A stretch of 64,000 bases of DNA from Laetmonice hystrix (Eukaryota). Positions 10,901 through 24,700 of the stretch are shown in pieces. A model generated the notes under the pieces. That model worked only from the letters and a program-made list of their open reading frames with translations, made no database searches and was not told the DNA's origin. A program made the translations under genes and the position numbers. The stretch spans positions 24,616,001 to 24,680,000 of the forward strand of contig OZ249436.1 of assembly GCA_965235115.1 (NCBI GenBank), given 5' to 3'. Position 1 is the stretch's first letter, and each line of letters begins with the position of its first letter.

Positions 10901-13900
10901 AAGATGCACTAATAATCGATTCCAAGCCTAATTAGGCCATTGCTAGTTGGATAACCAAATCTCATACAAAATACACCCTCCCGGCAGATGACCTGAGAAT
11001 ATTCAACTCTTATGTCCGATATATCCCTGTCCGCTTAGTAGCACCCAGCCGGGCCCCCATTTTGACATTGCAACACCAATACAGCAAGTGCCCAGCTAAC
11101 AGCACAAATAACAGGATTCAGGGCTTCCTACCACGTTACAAGTCACAATAGATTGCTGCCTGTCGTAAAAATATACCAGACCATTTTAAAAAGTCACAGA
11201 ACCCCAATCCGGCCCTAATATGTCACTCCCAGTACCAATACACGCTGGAAGCACCATCAACTGAAATTCAGGCCTAGAACCCACCTCTCTCTACCAATAT
11301 CATGCACCTAGTCCGTTAACGAGGTTGTAATTTACTTTAATCAACGGGCTGCGCCGCAGCAACCCACTCTGGTCTTTGCAATCTTTTTCAATATGCGTTA
11401 ACATTTGTAACCAGCTCAACGCGCCTTGTAAAATTTTTCAAAGTGCGTAAAAGTGTGTGTCCACCCCGACACGCTTTCCAAACCACTATACCCACCGAGC
11501 GACATCCACTCAAATACAGGCTTCGACCGATCCTCACTGTGCCAATAATCCGCCACAAGGCAAATTCAGTCAATGCAAGCTGGAAAATCGAATGTCAAAC
11601 CTAATGCTCCCCCCCCCCAGCACGTTAACTGAAAATAATCAACTAGCTTGAAAACTAGAATATAGCTTTGTTAAGCTAACAATCTACTCTCCCAGCGCCA
11701 TCAACTCGCATACAGGCGTAAAAGCAAACGCACTGCCCCATATAATGCTTCCAGCCTAAAACGATGTTGCAATTAATTTAAAATTAACAAGATGCACTAG
11801 TAATCCGATCCAAGCCTAATTACGTCATTGCTAGTTTCATAACCAAATCTCACAGAAAATACCCCACCCGCGCACATAACCTGAAAATATTCAACTTTTA
11901 TCTCCAATGTATCCCTGTGCACCTAGTAGCACCCAAGCGGGCCCAATTTTGACATTCCAACACAAATACCGCAAATACCCGCCTAATGGCACAAAAAACT
12001 TTCTACCCCGTTGCAAGTCACATTAGCTTGCTGCTTGTCGTAAAAAATGGTGCAGACCATTTCTAAAGTCACAGTACCCCACTCCCGGCCTAATATTACG
12101 TTTCAGTATCCATATACGCTGCAAGCGGCAGGAACTCGAATACAGGCCTAAAAGTAACCCCAGTCTAGCAATATCATACTCTCATGCCATATACGAGCTT
12201 GTAATTATCTTTAATTAATGGGCTCCGCAGCACCAACCCACTGCATTAACATTTGTTTAACAGCTTAACGCACCTTGTAAAAAATTTTCAAGTGCGTAAA
12301 AATGCGTGTCCACCTCCACATACTTTAAAAATCACTATACCCACCCAGCGACATTCACTCTAATACACGCCTAAGAGGAACTTCACTGTCCCATTTGATT
12401 CTCCAGCACGTATAGGATGTTTCAAGTAACATTTATCCACGGTCTGGCCCAATAACGTGCAACAAGGCATAGTAAGTCAATGCGACCTCGCATGTCAAAC
12501 CTAACCCGCCCCCCAGCACATGAGCTGGAGATATTCAAATAGCTTGAAAACTAGAATATAGCTTTGCTTAATACCATTATACCATCAACTCGCATTACAG
12601 GCCTAATGCGAAGCTCCCAGCCTAAAACGAGTTTCCAATTAATTTAAAGTTAACAAGATGCACTAATAATCGATTCCAAGCCTAATTAGGCCATTGCTAG
12701 TTGGATAACCAAATCTCATACAAAATACACCCTCCCGGCAGATGACCTGAGAATATTCAACTCTTATGTCCGATATATCCCTGTCCGCTTAGTAGCACCC
12801 AGCCGGGCCCCCATTTTGACATTGCAACACCAATACAGCAAGTGCCCAGCTAACAGCACAAATAACAGGATTCAGGGCTTCCTACCACGTTACAAGTCAC
12901 AATAGATTGCTGCCTGTCGTAAAAATATACCAGACCATTTTAAAAAGTCACAGAACCCCAATCCGGCCCTAATATGTCACTCCCAGTACCAATAGACGCT
13001 GGAAGCACCATCAACTGAAATTCAGGCCTAGAACCCACCTCTCTCTACCAATATCATGCACCTAGTCCGTATACGAGGTTGTAATTTACTTTAATCAACG
13101 GGCTGCGCCGCAGCAACCCACTCTGGTCTTTGCAATCTTTTTCAATATGCGTTAACATTTGTGACCAGCTCAACGCGCCTTGTAAAATTTTTCAAAGTGC
13201 GTAAAAGTGTGTGTCCACCCCGACACGCTTTCCAAACCACTATACCCACCGAGCGACATCCACTCAAATACAGGCTTCGACCGATCCTCACTGTGCCAAT
13301 AATCCGCCACAAGGCAAATTCAGTCAATGCAAGCTGGAAAATCGAATGTCAAACCTAATGCTCCCCCCCCCAGCACGTTAACTGAAAAAAATCAACTAGC
13401 TTGAAAACTAGAATATAGCTTTGTTTAGCTAACAATCTACTCTCCCAGCGCCATCAACTCGCATACAGGCGTAAAAGCAAACGCACTGCCCCATATAATG
13501 CTCCCAGCCTAAGACGATGTTGCAATTAATTTAAGATTAACAAGATGCACTAGTAATCCGATCCAAGCCTAATTACGTCATTGCTAGTTTCATAACCAAA
13601 TCTCACAGAAAATACCCCACCCGCGCACATAACCTGAAAATATTCAACTTTTATCTCCAATGTATCCCTGTGCACCTAGTAGCACCCAAGCGGGCCCAAT
13701 TTTGACATTCCAACACAAATACCGCAAATACCCGCCTAATGGCACAAAAAACTTTCTACCCCGTTGCAAGTCACATTAGCTTGCTGCTTGTCGTAAAAAA
13801 TGGTGCAGACCATTTCTAAAGTCACAGTACCCCACTCCCGGCCTAATATTACGTTTCAGTATCCATATACGCTGCAAGCGGCAAGAACTCGAATACAGGC

Positions 13901-15782
13901 CTAAAAGTAACCCCAGTCTAGCAATATCATACTCTCATGCCATATACGAGCTTGTAATTATCTTTAATTAATGGGCTCCGCAGCACCAACCCACTGCATT
14001 AACATTTGTTTAACAGCTTGACGCACCTTGTAAAAAATTTTCAAGTGCGTAAAAATGCGTGTCCACCTCCACATACTTTAAAAATCACTATACCCACCCA
14101 GCGACATTCACTCTAATACACGCCTAAGAGGAACTTCACTGTCCCATTTGATTCTCCAGCACGTATAGGATGTTTCAAGTAACATTCATCCACGGTCTGG
14201 CCCAATAACGTGCAACAAGGCATAGTAAGTCAATGCGAGCTCGCATGTCAAACCTAACCCGCCCCCCAGCACATGAGCTGAAAATATTCAAATAGCTTGA
14301 AAACTAGAATATAGCTTTGCTTAATACCATTATACCATCAACTCGCATTACAGGCCTAATGCGAAGCTCCCAGCCTAAAACGAGTTTCCAATTAATTTAA
14401 AGTTAACAAGATGCACTAATAATCGATTCCAAGCCTAATTAGGCCATTGCTAGTTGGATAACCAAATCTCATACAAAATACACCCTCCCGGCAGATGACC
14501 TGAGAATATTCAACTCTTATGTCCGATATATCCCTGTCCGCTTTGTAGCACCCAGCCGGGCCCCCATTTTGACATTGCAACACCAATACAGCAAGTGCCC
14601 AGCTAACAGCACAAATAACAGGATTCAGGGCTTCCTACCACGTTACAAGTCACAATAGATTGCTGCCTGTCGTAAAAATATACCAGACCATTTTAAAAAG
14701 TCACAGAACCCCAATCCGGCCCTAATATGTCACTCCCAGTACCAATACACTCTGGAAGCACCATCAACTGAAATTCAGGCCTAGAACCCACCTCTCTCTA
14801 CCAATATCATGCACCTAGTCCGTATACGAGGTTGTAATTTACTTTAATCAACGGGCTGCGCCGCAGCAACCCACTCTGGTCTTTGCAATCTTTTTCAATA
14901 TGCGTTAACATTTGTAACCAGCTCAACGCGCCTTGTAAAATTTTTCAAAGTGCGTAAAAGTGTGTGTCCACCCCGACACGCTTTCCAAACCACTATACCC
15001 ACCGAGCGACATCCACTCAAATACAGGCTTCGACCGATCCTCACTGTGCCAATAATCCGCCACAAGGCAAATTCAGTCAATGCAAGCTGGAAAATCGAAT
15101 GTCAAACCTAATACTCCCCCCCCCAGCACGTTAACTGAAAATAATCAACTAGCTTGAAAACTAGAATATAGCTTTGTTTAGCTAACAATCTACTCTCCCA
15201 GCGCCATCAACTCGCATACAGGCGTAAAAGCAAACGCACTGCCCCATATAATGCTCCCAGCATAAAACGATGTTGCAATTAATTTAAAATTAACAAGATG
15301 CACTAGTAATCCGATCCAAGCTTAATTACGTCATTGCTAGTTTCATAACCAAATCTCACAGAAAATACCCCACCCGGGCACATAACCTGAAAATATTCAA
15401 CTTTTATCTCCAATGTATCCCTGTGCACCTAGTAGCACCCAAGCGGGCCGAATTTTGACATCCCAACACAAATACCGCAAATACCCGCCTAATGGCACAA
15501 AAAACTTTCTACCCCGTTGCAAGTCACATTAGCTTGCTGCTTGTCGTAAAAAATGGTGCAGACCATTTCTAAAGTCACAGTACCCCACTCCCGGCCTAAT
15601 ATTACGTTTCAGTATCCATATACGCTGCAAGCGGCAGGAACTCGAATACAGGCCTAAAAGTAACCCCAGTCTAGCAATATCATACTCTCATGCCATATAC
15701 GAGCTTGTAATTATCTTTAATTAATGGGCTCCGCAGCACCAACCCACTGCATTAACATTTGTTTAACAGCTTAACGCACCTT

Positions 15783-18700
15783 GTAAAAAAATTTTCAAGT
15801 GCGTAAAAATGCGTGTCCACCTCCACATACTTTAAAAATCACTATACCCACCCAGCGACATTCACTCTAATACACGCCTAAGAGGAACTTCACTGTCCCA
15901 TTTGATTCTCCAGCACGTATAGGATGTTTCAAGTAACATTTATCCACGGTCTGGCCCAATAACGTGCAACAAGGCATAGTAAGTCAATGCGAGCTCGCAT
16001 GTCAAACCTAACCCGCCCCCCAGCACATGAGCTGAAAATATTCAAATAGCTTGAAAACTAGAATATAGCTTTGCTTAATACCATTATACCATCAACTCGC
16101 ATTACAGGCCTAATGCGAAGCTCCCAGCCTAAAACGAGTTTCCAATTAATTTAAAGTTAACAAGATGCACTAATAATCGATTCCAAGCCTAATTAGGCCA
16201 TTGCTAGTTGGATAACCAAATCTCATACAAAATACACCCTCCCGGCAGATGACCTGAGAATATTCAACTCTTATGTCCGATATATCCCTGTCCGCTTAGT
16301 AGCACCCAGCCGGGCCCCCATTTTGACATTGCAACACCAATACAGCAAGTGCCCAGCTAACAGCACAAATAACAGGATTCAGGGCTTCCTACCACGTTAC
16401 AAGTCACAATAGATTGCTGCCTGTCGTAAAAATATACCAGACCATTTTAAAAAGTCACAGAACCCCAATCCGGCCCTAATATGTCACTCCCAGTACCAAT
16501 ACACGCTGGAAGCACCATCAACTGAAATTCAGGCCTAGAACCCACCTCTCTCTACCAATATCATGCACCTAGTCCGTATACGAGGTTGTAATTTACTTTA
16601 ATCAACGGGCTGCGCCGCAGCAACCCACTCTGGTCTTTGCAATCTTTTTCAATATGCGTTAACATTTGTAACCAGCTCAACGCGCCTTGTAAAATTTTTC
16701 AAAGTGCGTAAAAGTGTGTGTCCACCCCGACACGCTTTCCAAACCACTATACCCACCGAGCGACATCCACTCAAATACAGGCTTCGACCGATCCTCACTG
16801 TGCCAATAATCCGCCACAAGGCAAATTCAGTCAATGCAAGCTGGAAAATCGAATGTCAAACCTAATGCTCCCCCCCCCCAGCACGTTAACTGAAAATAAT
16901 CAACTAGCTTGAAAACTAGAATATAGCTTTGTTAAGCTAACAATCTACTCTCCCAGCGCCATCAACTCGCATACAGGCGTAAAAGCAAACGCACTGCCCC
17001 ATATAATGCTTCCAGCCTAAAACGATGTTGCAATTAATTTAAAATTAACAAGATGCACTAGTAATCCGATCCAAGCCTAATTACGTCATTGCTAGTTTCA
17101 TAACCAAATCTCACAGAAAATACCCCACCCGCGCACATAACCTGAAAATATTCAACTTTTATCTCCAATGTATCCCTGTGCACCTAGTAGCACCCAAGCG
17201 GGCCCAATTTTGACATTCCAACACAAATACCGCAAATACCCGCCTAATGGCACAAAAAACTTTCTACCCCGTTGCAAGTCACATTAGCTTGCTGCTTGTC
17301 GTAAAAAATGGTGCAGACCATTTCTAAAGTCACAGTACCCCACTCCCGGCCTAATATTACGTTTCAGTATCCATATACGCTGCAAGCGGCAGGAACTCGA
17401 ATACAGGCCTAAAAGTAACCCCAGTCTAGCAATATCATACTCTCATGCCATATACGAGCTTGTAATTATCTTTAATTAATGGGCTCCGCAGCACCAACCC
17501 ACTGCATTAACATTTGTTTAACAGCTTAACGCACCTTGTAAAAAAATTTTCAAGTGCGTAAAAATGCGTGTCCACCTCCACATACTTTAAAAATCACTAT
17601 ACCCACCCAGCGACATTCACTCTAATACACGCCTAAGAGGAACTTCACTGTCCCATTTGATTCTCCAGCACGTATAGGATGTTTCAAGTAACATTTATCC
17701 ACGGTCTGGCCCAATAACGTGCAACAAGGCATAGTAAGTCAATGCGACCTCGCATGTCAAACCTAACCCGCCCCCCAGCACATGAGCTGAAAATATTCAA
17801 ATAGCTTGAAAACTAGAATATAGCTTTGCTTAATACCATTATACCATCAACTCGCATTACAGGCCTAATGCGAAGCTCCCAGCCTAAAACGAGTTTCCAA
17901 TTAATTTAAAGTTAACAAGATGCACTAATAATCGATTCCAAGCCTAATTAGGCCATTGCTAGTTGGATAACCAAATCTCATACAAAATACACCCTCCCGG
18001 CAGATGACCTGAGAATATTCAACTCTTATGTCCGATATATCCCTGTCCGCTTAGTAGCACCCAGCCGGGCCCCCATTTTGACATTGCAACACCAATACAG
18101 CAAGTGCCCAGCTAACAGCACAAATAACAGGATTCAGGGCTTCCTACCACGTTACAAGTCACAATAGATTGCTGCCTGTCGTAAAAATATACCAGACCAT
18201 TTTAAAAAGTCACAGAACCCCAATCCGGCCCTAATATGTCACTCCCAGTACCAATACACGCTGGAAGCACCATCAACTGAAATTCAGGCCTAGAACCCAC
18301 CTCTCTCTACCAATATCATGCACCTAGTCCGTATACGAGGTTGTAATTTACTTTAATCAACGGGCTGCGCCGCAGCAACCCACTCTGGTCTTTGCAATCT
18401 TTTTCAATATGCGTTAACATTTGTAACCAGCTCAACGCGCCTTGTAAAATTTTTCAAAGTGCGTAAAAGTGTGTGTCCACCCCGACACGCTTTCCAAACC
18501 ACTATACCCACCGAGCGACATCCACTCAAATACAGGCTTCGACCGATCCTCACTGTGCCAATAATCCGCCACAAGGCAAATTCAGTCAATGCAAGCTGGA
18601 AAATCGAATGTCAAACCTAATGCTCCCCCCCCAGCACGTTAACTGAAAATAATCAACTAGCTTGAAAACTAGAATATAGCTTTGTTAAGCTAACAATCTA

Positions 18701-21700
18701 CTCTCCCAGCGCCATCAACTCGCATACAGGCGTAAAAGCAAACGCACTGCCCCATATAATGCTTCCAGCCTAAAACGATGTTGCAATTAATTTAAAATTA
18801 ACAAGATGCACTAGTAATCCGATCCAAGCCTAATTACGTCATTGCTAGTTTCATAACCAAATCTCACAGAAAATACCCCACCCGCGCACATAACCTGAAA
18901 ATATTCAACTTTTATCTCCAATGTATCCCTGTGCACCTAGTAGCACCCAAGCGGGCCCAATTTTGACATTCCAACACAAATACCGCAAATACCCGCCTAA
19001 TGGCACAAAAAACTTTCTACCCCGTTGCAAGTCACATTAGCTTGCTGCTTGTCGTAAAAAATGGTGCAGACCATTTCTAAAGTCACAGTACCCCACTCCC
19101 GGCCTAATATTACGTTTCAGTATCCATATACGCTGCAAGCGGCAGGAACTCGAATACAGGCCTAAAAGTAACCCCAGTCTAGCAATATCATACTCTCATG
19201 CCATATACGAGCTTGTAATTATCTTTAATTAATGGGCTCCGCAGCACCAACCCACTGCATTAACATTTGTTTAACAGCTTAACGCACCTTGTAAAAAATT
19301 TTCAAGTGCGTAAAAATGCGTGTCCACCTCCACATACTTTAAAAATCACTATACCCACCCAGCGACATTCACTCTAATACACGCCTAAGAGGAACTTCAC
19401 TGTCCCATTTGATTCTCCAGCACGTATAGGATGTTTCAAGTAACATTTATCCACGGTCTGGCCCAATAACGTGCAACAAGGCATAGTAAGTCAATGCGAC
19501 CTCGCATGTCAAACCTAACCCGCCCCCCAGCACATGAGCTGGAGATATTCAAATAGCTTGAAAACTAGAATATAGCTTTGCTTAATACCATTATACCATC
19601 AACTCGCATTACAGGCCTAATGCGAAGCTCCCAGCCTAAAACGAGTTTCCAATTAATTTAAAGTTAACAAGATGCACTAATAATCGATTCCAAGCCTAAT
19701 TAGGCCATTGCTAGTTGGATAACCAAATCTCATACAAAATACACCCTCCCGGCAGATGACCTGAGAATATTCAACTCTTATGTCCGATATATCCCTGTCC
19801 GCTTAGTAGCACCCAGCCGGGCCCCCATTTTGACATTGCAACACCAATACAGCAAGTGCCCAGCTAACAGCACAAATAACAGGATTCAGGGCTTCCTACC
19901 ACGTTACAAGTCACAATAGATTGCTGCCTGTCGTAAAAATATACCAGACCATTTTAAAAAGTCACAGAACCCCAATCCGGCCCTAATATGTCACTCCCAG
20001 TACCAATAGACGCTGGAAGCACCATCAACTGAAATTCAGGCCTAGAACCCACCTCTCTCTACCAATATCATGCACCTAGTCCGTATACGAGGTTGTAATT
20101 TACTTTAATCAACGGGCTGCGCCGCAGCAACCCACTCTGGTCTTTGCAATCTTTTTCAATATGCGTTAACATTTGTGACCAGCTCAACGCGCCTTGTAAA
20201 ATTTTTCAAAGTGCGTAAAAGTGTGTGTCCACCCCGACACGCTTTCCAAACCACTATACCCACCGAGCGACATCCACTCAAATACAGGCTTCGACCGATC
20301 CTCACTGTGCCAATAATCCGCCACAAGGCAAATTCAGTCAATGCAAGCTGGAAAATCGAATGTCAAACCTAATGCTCCCCCCCCCCAGCACGTTAACTGA
20401 AAATAATCAACTAGCTTGAAAACTAGAATATAGCTTTCTTAAGCTAACAATCTACTCTCCCAGCGCCATCAACTCGCATACAGGCGTAAAAGCAAACGCA
20501 CTGCCCCATATAATGCTCCCAGCCTAAAACGATGTTGCAATTAATTTTAAATTAACAAGATGCACTAGTAATCCGATCCAAGCCTAATTACGTCATTGCT
20601 AGTTTCATAACCAAATCTCACAGAAAATACCCCACCCGCGCACATAACCTGAAAATATTCAACTTTTATCTCCAATGTATCCCTGTGCACCTAGTAGCAC
20701 CCAAGCGGGCCCAATTTTGACATTCCAACACAAATACCGCAAATACCCGCCTAATGGCACAAAAAACTTTCTACCCCGTTGCAAGTCACATTAGCTTGCT
20801 GCTTGTCGTAAAAAATGGTGCAGACCATTTCTAAAGTCACAGTACCCCACTCCCGGCCTAATATTACGTTTCAGTATCCATATACGCTGCAAGCGGCAGG
20901 AACTCGAATACAGGCCTAAAAGTAACCCCAGTCTAGCAATATCATACTCTCATGCCATATACGAGCTTGTAATTATCTTTAATTAATGGGCTCCGCAGCA
21001 CCAACCCACTGCATTAACATTTGTTTAACAGCTTAACGCACCTTGTAAAAAATTTTCAAGTGCGTAAAAATGCGTGTCCACCTCCACATACTTTAAACAT
21101 CACTATACCCACCCAGCGACATTCACTCTAATACACGCCTAAGAGGAACTTCACTGTCCCATTTGATTCTCCAGCACGTATAGGATGTTTCAAGTAACAT
21201 TTATCCACGGTCTGGCCCAATAACGTGCAACAAGGCATAGTAAGTCAATGCGACCTCGCATGTCAAACCTAACCCGCCCCCCAGCACATGAGCTGGAGAT
21301 ATTCAAATAGCTTGAAAACTAGAATATAGCTTTGCTTAATACCATTATACCATCAACTCGCATTACAGGCCTAATGCGAAGCTCCCAGCCTAAAACGAGT
21401 TTCCAATTAATTTAAAGTTAACAAGATGCACTAATAATCGATTCCAAGCCTAATTAGGCCATTGCTAGTTGGATAACCAAATCTCATACAAAATACACCC
21501 TCCCGGCAGATGACCTGAGAATATTCAACTCTTATGTCCGATATATCCCTGTCCGCTTAGTAGCACCCAGCCGGGCCCCCATTTTGACATTGCAACACCA
21601 ATACAGCAAGTGCCCAGCTAACAGCACAAATAACAGGATTCAGGGCTTCCTACCACGTTACAAGTCACAATAGATTGCTGCCTGTCGTAAAAATATACCA

Positions 21701-24700
21701 GACCATTTTAAAAAGTCACAGAACCCCAATCCGGCCCTAATATGTCACTCCCAGTACCAATAGACGCTGGAAGCACCATCAACTGAAATTCAGGCCTAGA
21801 ACCCACCTCTCTCTACCAATATCATGCACCTAGTCCGTATACGAGGTTGTAATTTACTTTAATCAACGGGCTGCGCCGCAGCAACCCACTCTGGTCTTTG
21901 CAATCTTTTTCAATATGCGTTAACATTTGTGACCAGCTCAACGCGCCTTGTAAAATTTTTCAAAGTGCGTAAAAGTGTGTGTCCACCCCGACACGCTTTC
22001 CAAACCACTATACCCACCGAGCGACATCCACTCAAATACAGGCTTCGACCGATCCTCACTGTGCCAATAATCCGCCACAAGGCAAATTCAGTCAATGCAA
22101 GCTGGAAAATCGAATGTCAAACCTAATGCTCCCCCCCCCCCCAGCACGTTAACTGAAAATAATCAACTAGCTTGAAAACTAGAATATAGCTTTGTTAAGC
22201 TAACAATCTACTCTCCCAGCGCCATCAACTCGCATACAGGCGTAAAAGCAAACGCACTGCCCCATATAATGCTCCCAGCCTAAAACGATGTTGCAATTAA
22301 TTTAAAATTAACAAGATGCACTAGTAATCCGATCCAAGCCTAATTACGTCATTGCTAGTTTCATAACCAAATCTCACAGAAAATACCCCACCCGCGCACA
22401 TAACCTGAAAATATTCAACTTTTATCTCCAATGTATCCCTGTGCACCTAGTAGCACCCAAGCGGGCCCAATTTTGACATTCCAACACAAATACCGCAAAT
22501 ACCCGCCTAATGGCACAAAAAACTTTCTACCCCGTTGCAAGTCACATTAGCTTGCTGCTTGTCGTAAAAAATGGTGCAGACCATTTCTAAAGTCACAGTA
22601 CCCCACTCCCGGCCTAATATTACGTTTCAGTATCCAAATACGCTGCAAGCGGCAAGAACTCGAATACAGGCCTAAAAGTAACCCCAGTCTAGCAATATCA
22701 TACTCTCATGCCATATACGAGCTTGTAATTATCTTTAATTAATGGGCTCCGCAGCACCAACCCACTGCATTAACATTTGTTTAACAGCTTAACGCACCTT
22801 GTAAAAAATTTTCAAGTGCGTAAAAATGCGTGTCCACCTCCACATACTTTAAAAATCACTATACCCACCCAGCGACATTCACTCTAATACACGCCTAAGA
22901 GGAACTTCACTGTCCCATTTGATTCTCCAGCACGTATAGGATGTTTCAAGTAACATTCATCCACGGTCTGGCCCAATAACGTGCAACAAGGCATAGTAAG
23001 TCAATGCGAGCTCGCATGTCAAACCTAACCCGCCCCCAAGCACATGAGCTGAAAATATTCAAATAGCTTGAAAACCAGAATATAGCTTTGCTTAATACCA
23101 TTATACCATCAACTCGCATTACAGGCCTAATGCGAAGCTCCCAGCCTAAAACGAGTTTCCAATTAATTTAAAGTTAACAAGATGCACTAATAATCGATTC
23201 CAAGCCTAATTAGGCCATTGCTAGTTGGATAACCAAATCTCATACAAAATACACCCTCCCGGCAGATGACCTGAGAATATTCAACTCTTATGTCCGATAT
23301 ATCCCTGTCCGCTTTGTAGCACCCAGCCGGGCCCCCATTTTGACATTGCAACACCAATACAGCAAGTGCCCAGCTAACAGCACAAATAACAGGATTCAGG
23401 GCTTCCTACCACGTTACAAGTCACAATAGATTGCTGCCTGTCGTAAAAATATACCAGACCATTTTAAAAAGTCACAGAACCCCAATCCGGCCCTAATATG
23501 TCACTCCCAGTACCAATACACTCTGGAAGCACCATCAACTGAAATTCAGGCCTAGAACCCACCTCTCTCTACCAATATCATGCACCTAGTCCGTATACGA
23601 GGTTGTAATTTACTTTAATCAACGGGCTGCGCCGCAGCAACCCACTCTGGTCTTTGCAATCTTTTTCAATATGCGTTAACATTTGTAACCAGCTCAACGC
23701 GCCTTGTAAAATTTTTCAAAGTGCGTAAAAGTGTGTGTCCACCCCGACACGCTTTCCAAACCACTATACCCACCGAGCGACATCCACTCAAATACAGGCT
23801 TCGACCGATCCTCACTGTGCCAATAATCCGCCACAAGGCAAATTCAGTCAATGCAAGCTGGAAAATCGAATGTCAAACCTAATACTCCCCCCCCCAGCAC
23901 GTTAACTGAAAATAATCAACTAGCTTGAAAACTAGAATATAGCTTTGTTTAGCTAACAATCTACTCTCCCAGCGCCATCAACTCGCATACAGGCGTAAAA
24001 GCAAACGCACTGCCCCATATAATGCTCCCAGCATAAAACGATGTTGCAATTAATTTAAAATTAACAAGATGCACTAGTAATCCGATCCAAGCTTAATTAC
24101 GTCATTGCTAGTTTCATAACCAAATCTCACAGAAAATACCCCACCCGGGCACATAACCTGAAAATATTCAACTTTTATCTCCAATGTATCCCTGTGCACC
24201 TAGTAGCACCCAAGCGGGCCCAATTTTGACATCCCAACACAAATACCGCAAATACCCGCCTAATGGCACAAAAAACTTTCTACCCCGTTGCAAGTCACAT
24301 TAGCGTGCTGCTTGTCGTAAAAAATGGTGCAGACCATTTCTAAAGTCACAGTACCCCACTCCCGGCCTAATATTACGTTTCAGTATCCATATACGCTGCA
24401 AGCGGCAGGAACTCGAATACAGGCCTAAAAGTAACCTCAGTCTAGCAATATCATACTCCCATGCCATATACGAGCTTGTAATTATCTTTAATTAATGGGC
24501 TCCGCAGCACCAACCCACTGCATTAACATTTGTTTCACAGCTTAACACACCTTGTAAAATTTTTTCAAGTGCGTAAAAATGCGTGTCCACCTCCACATAC
24601 TTTAAAAATCACTATACCCACCCAGCGACATCCACTCTAATACACGCCTAAAAGGAACTTCACTGTCCCATTTGATTCTCCAGCACGTATAGGATGTTTC

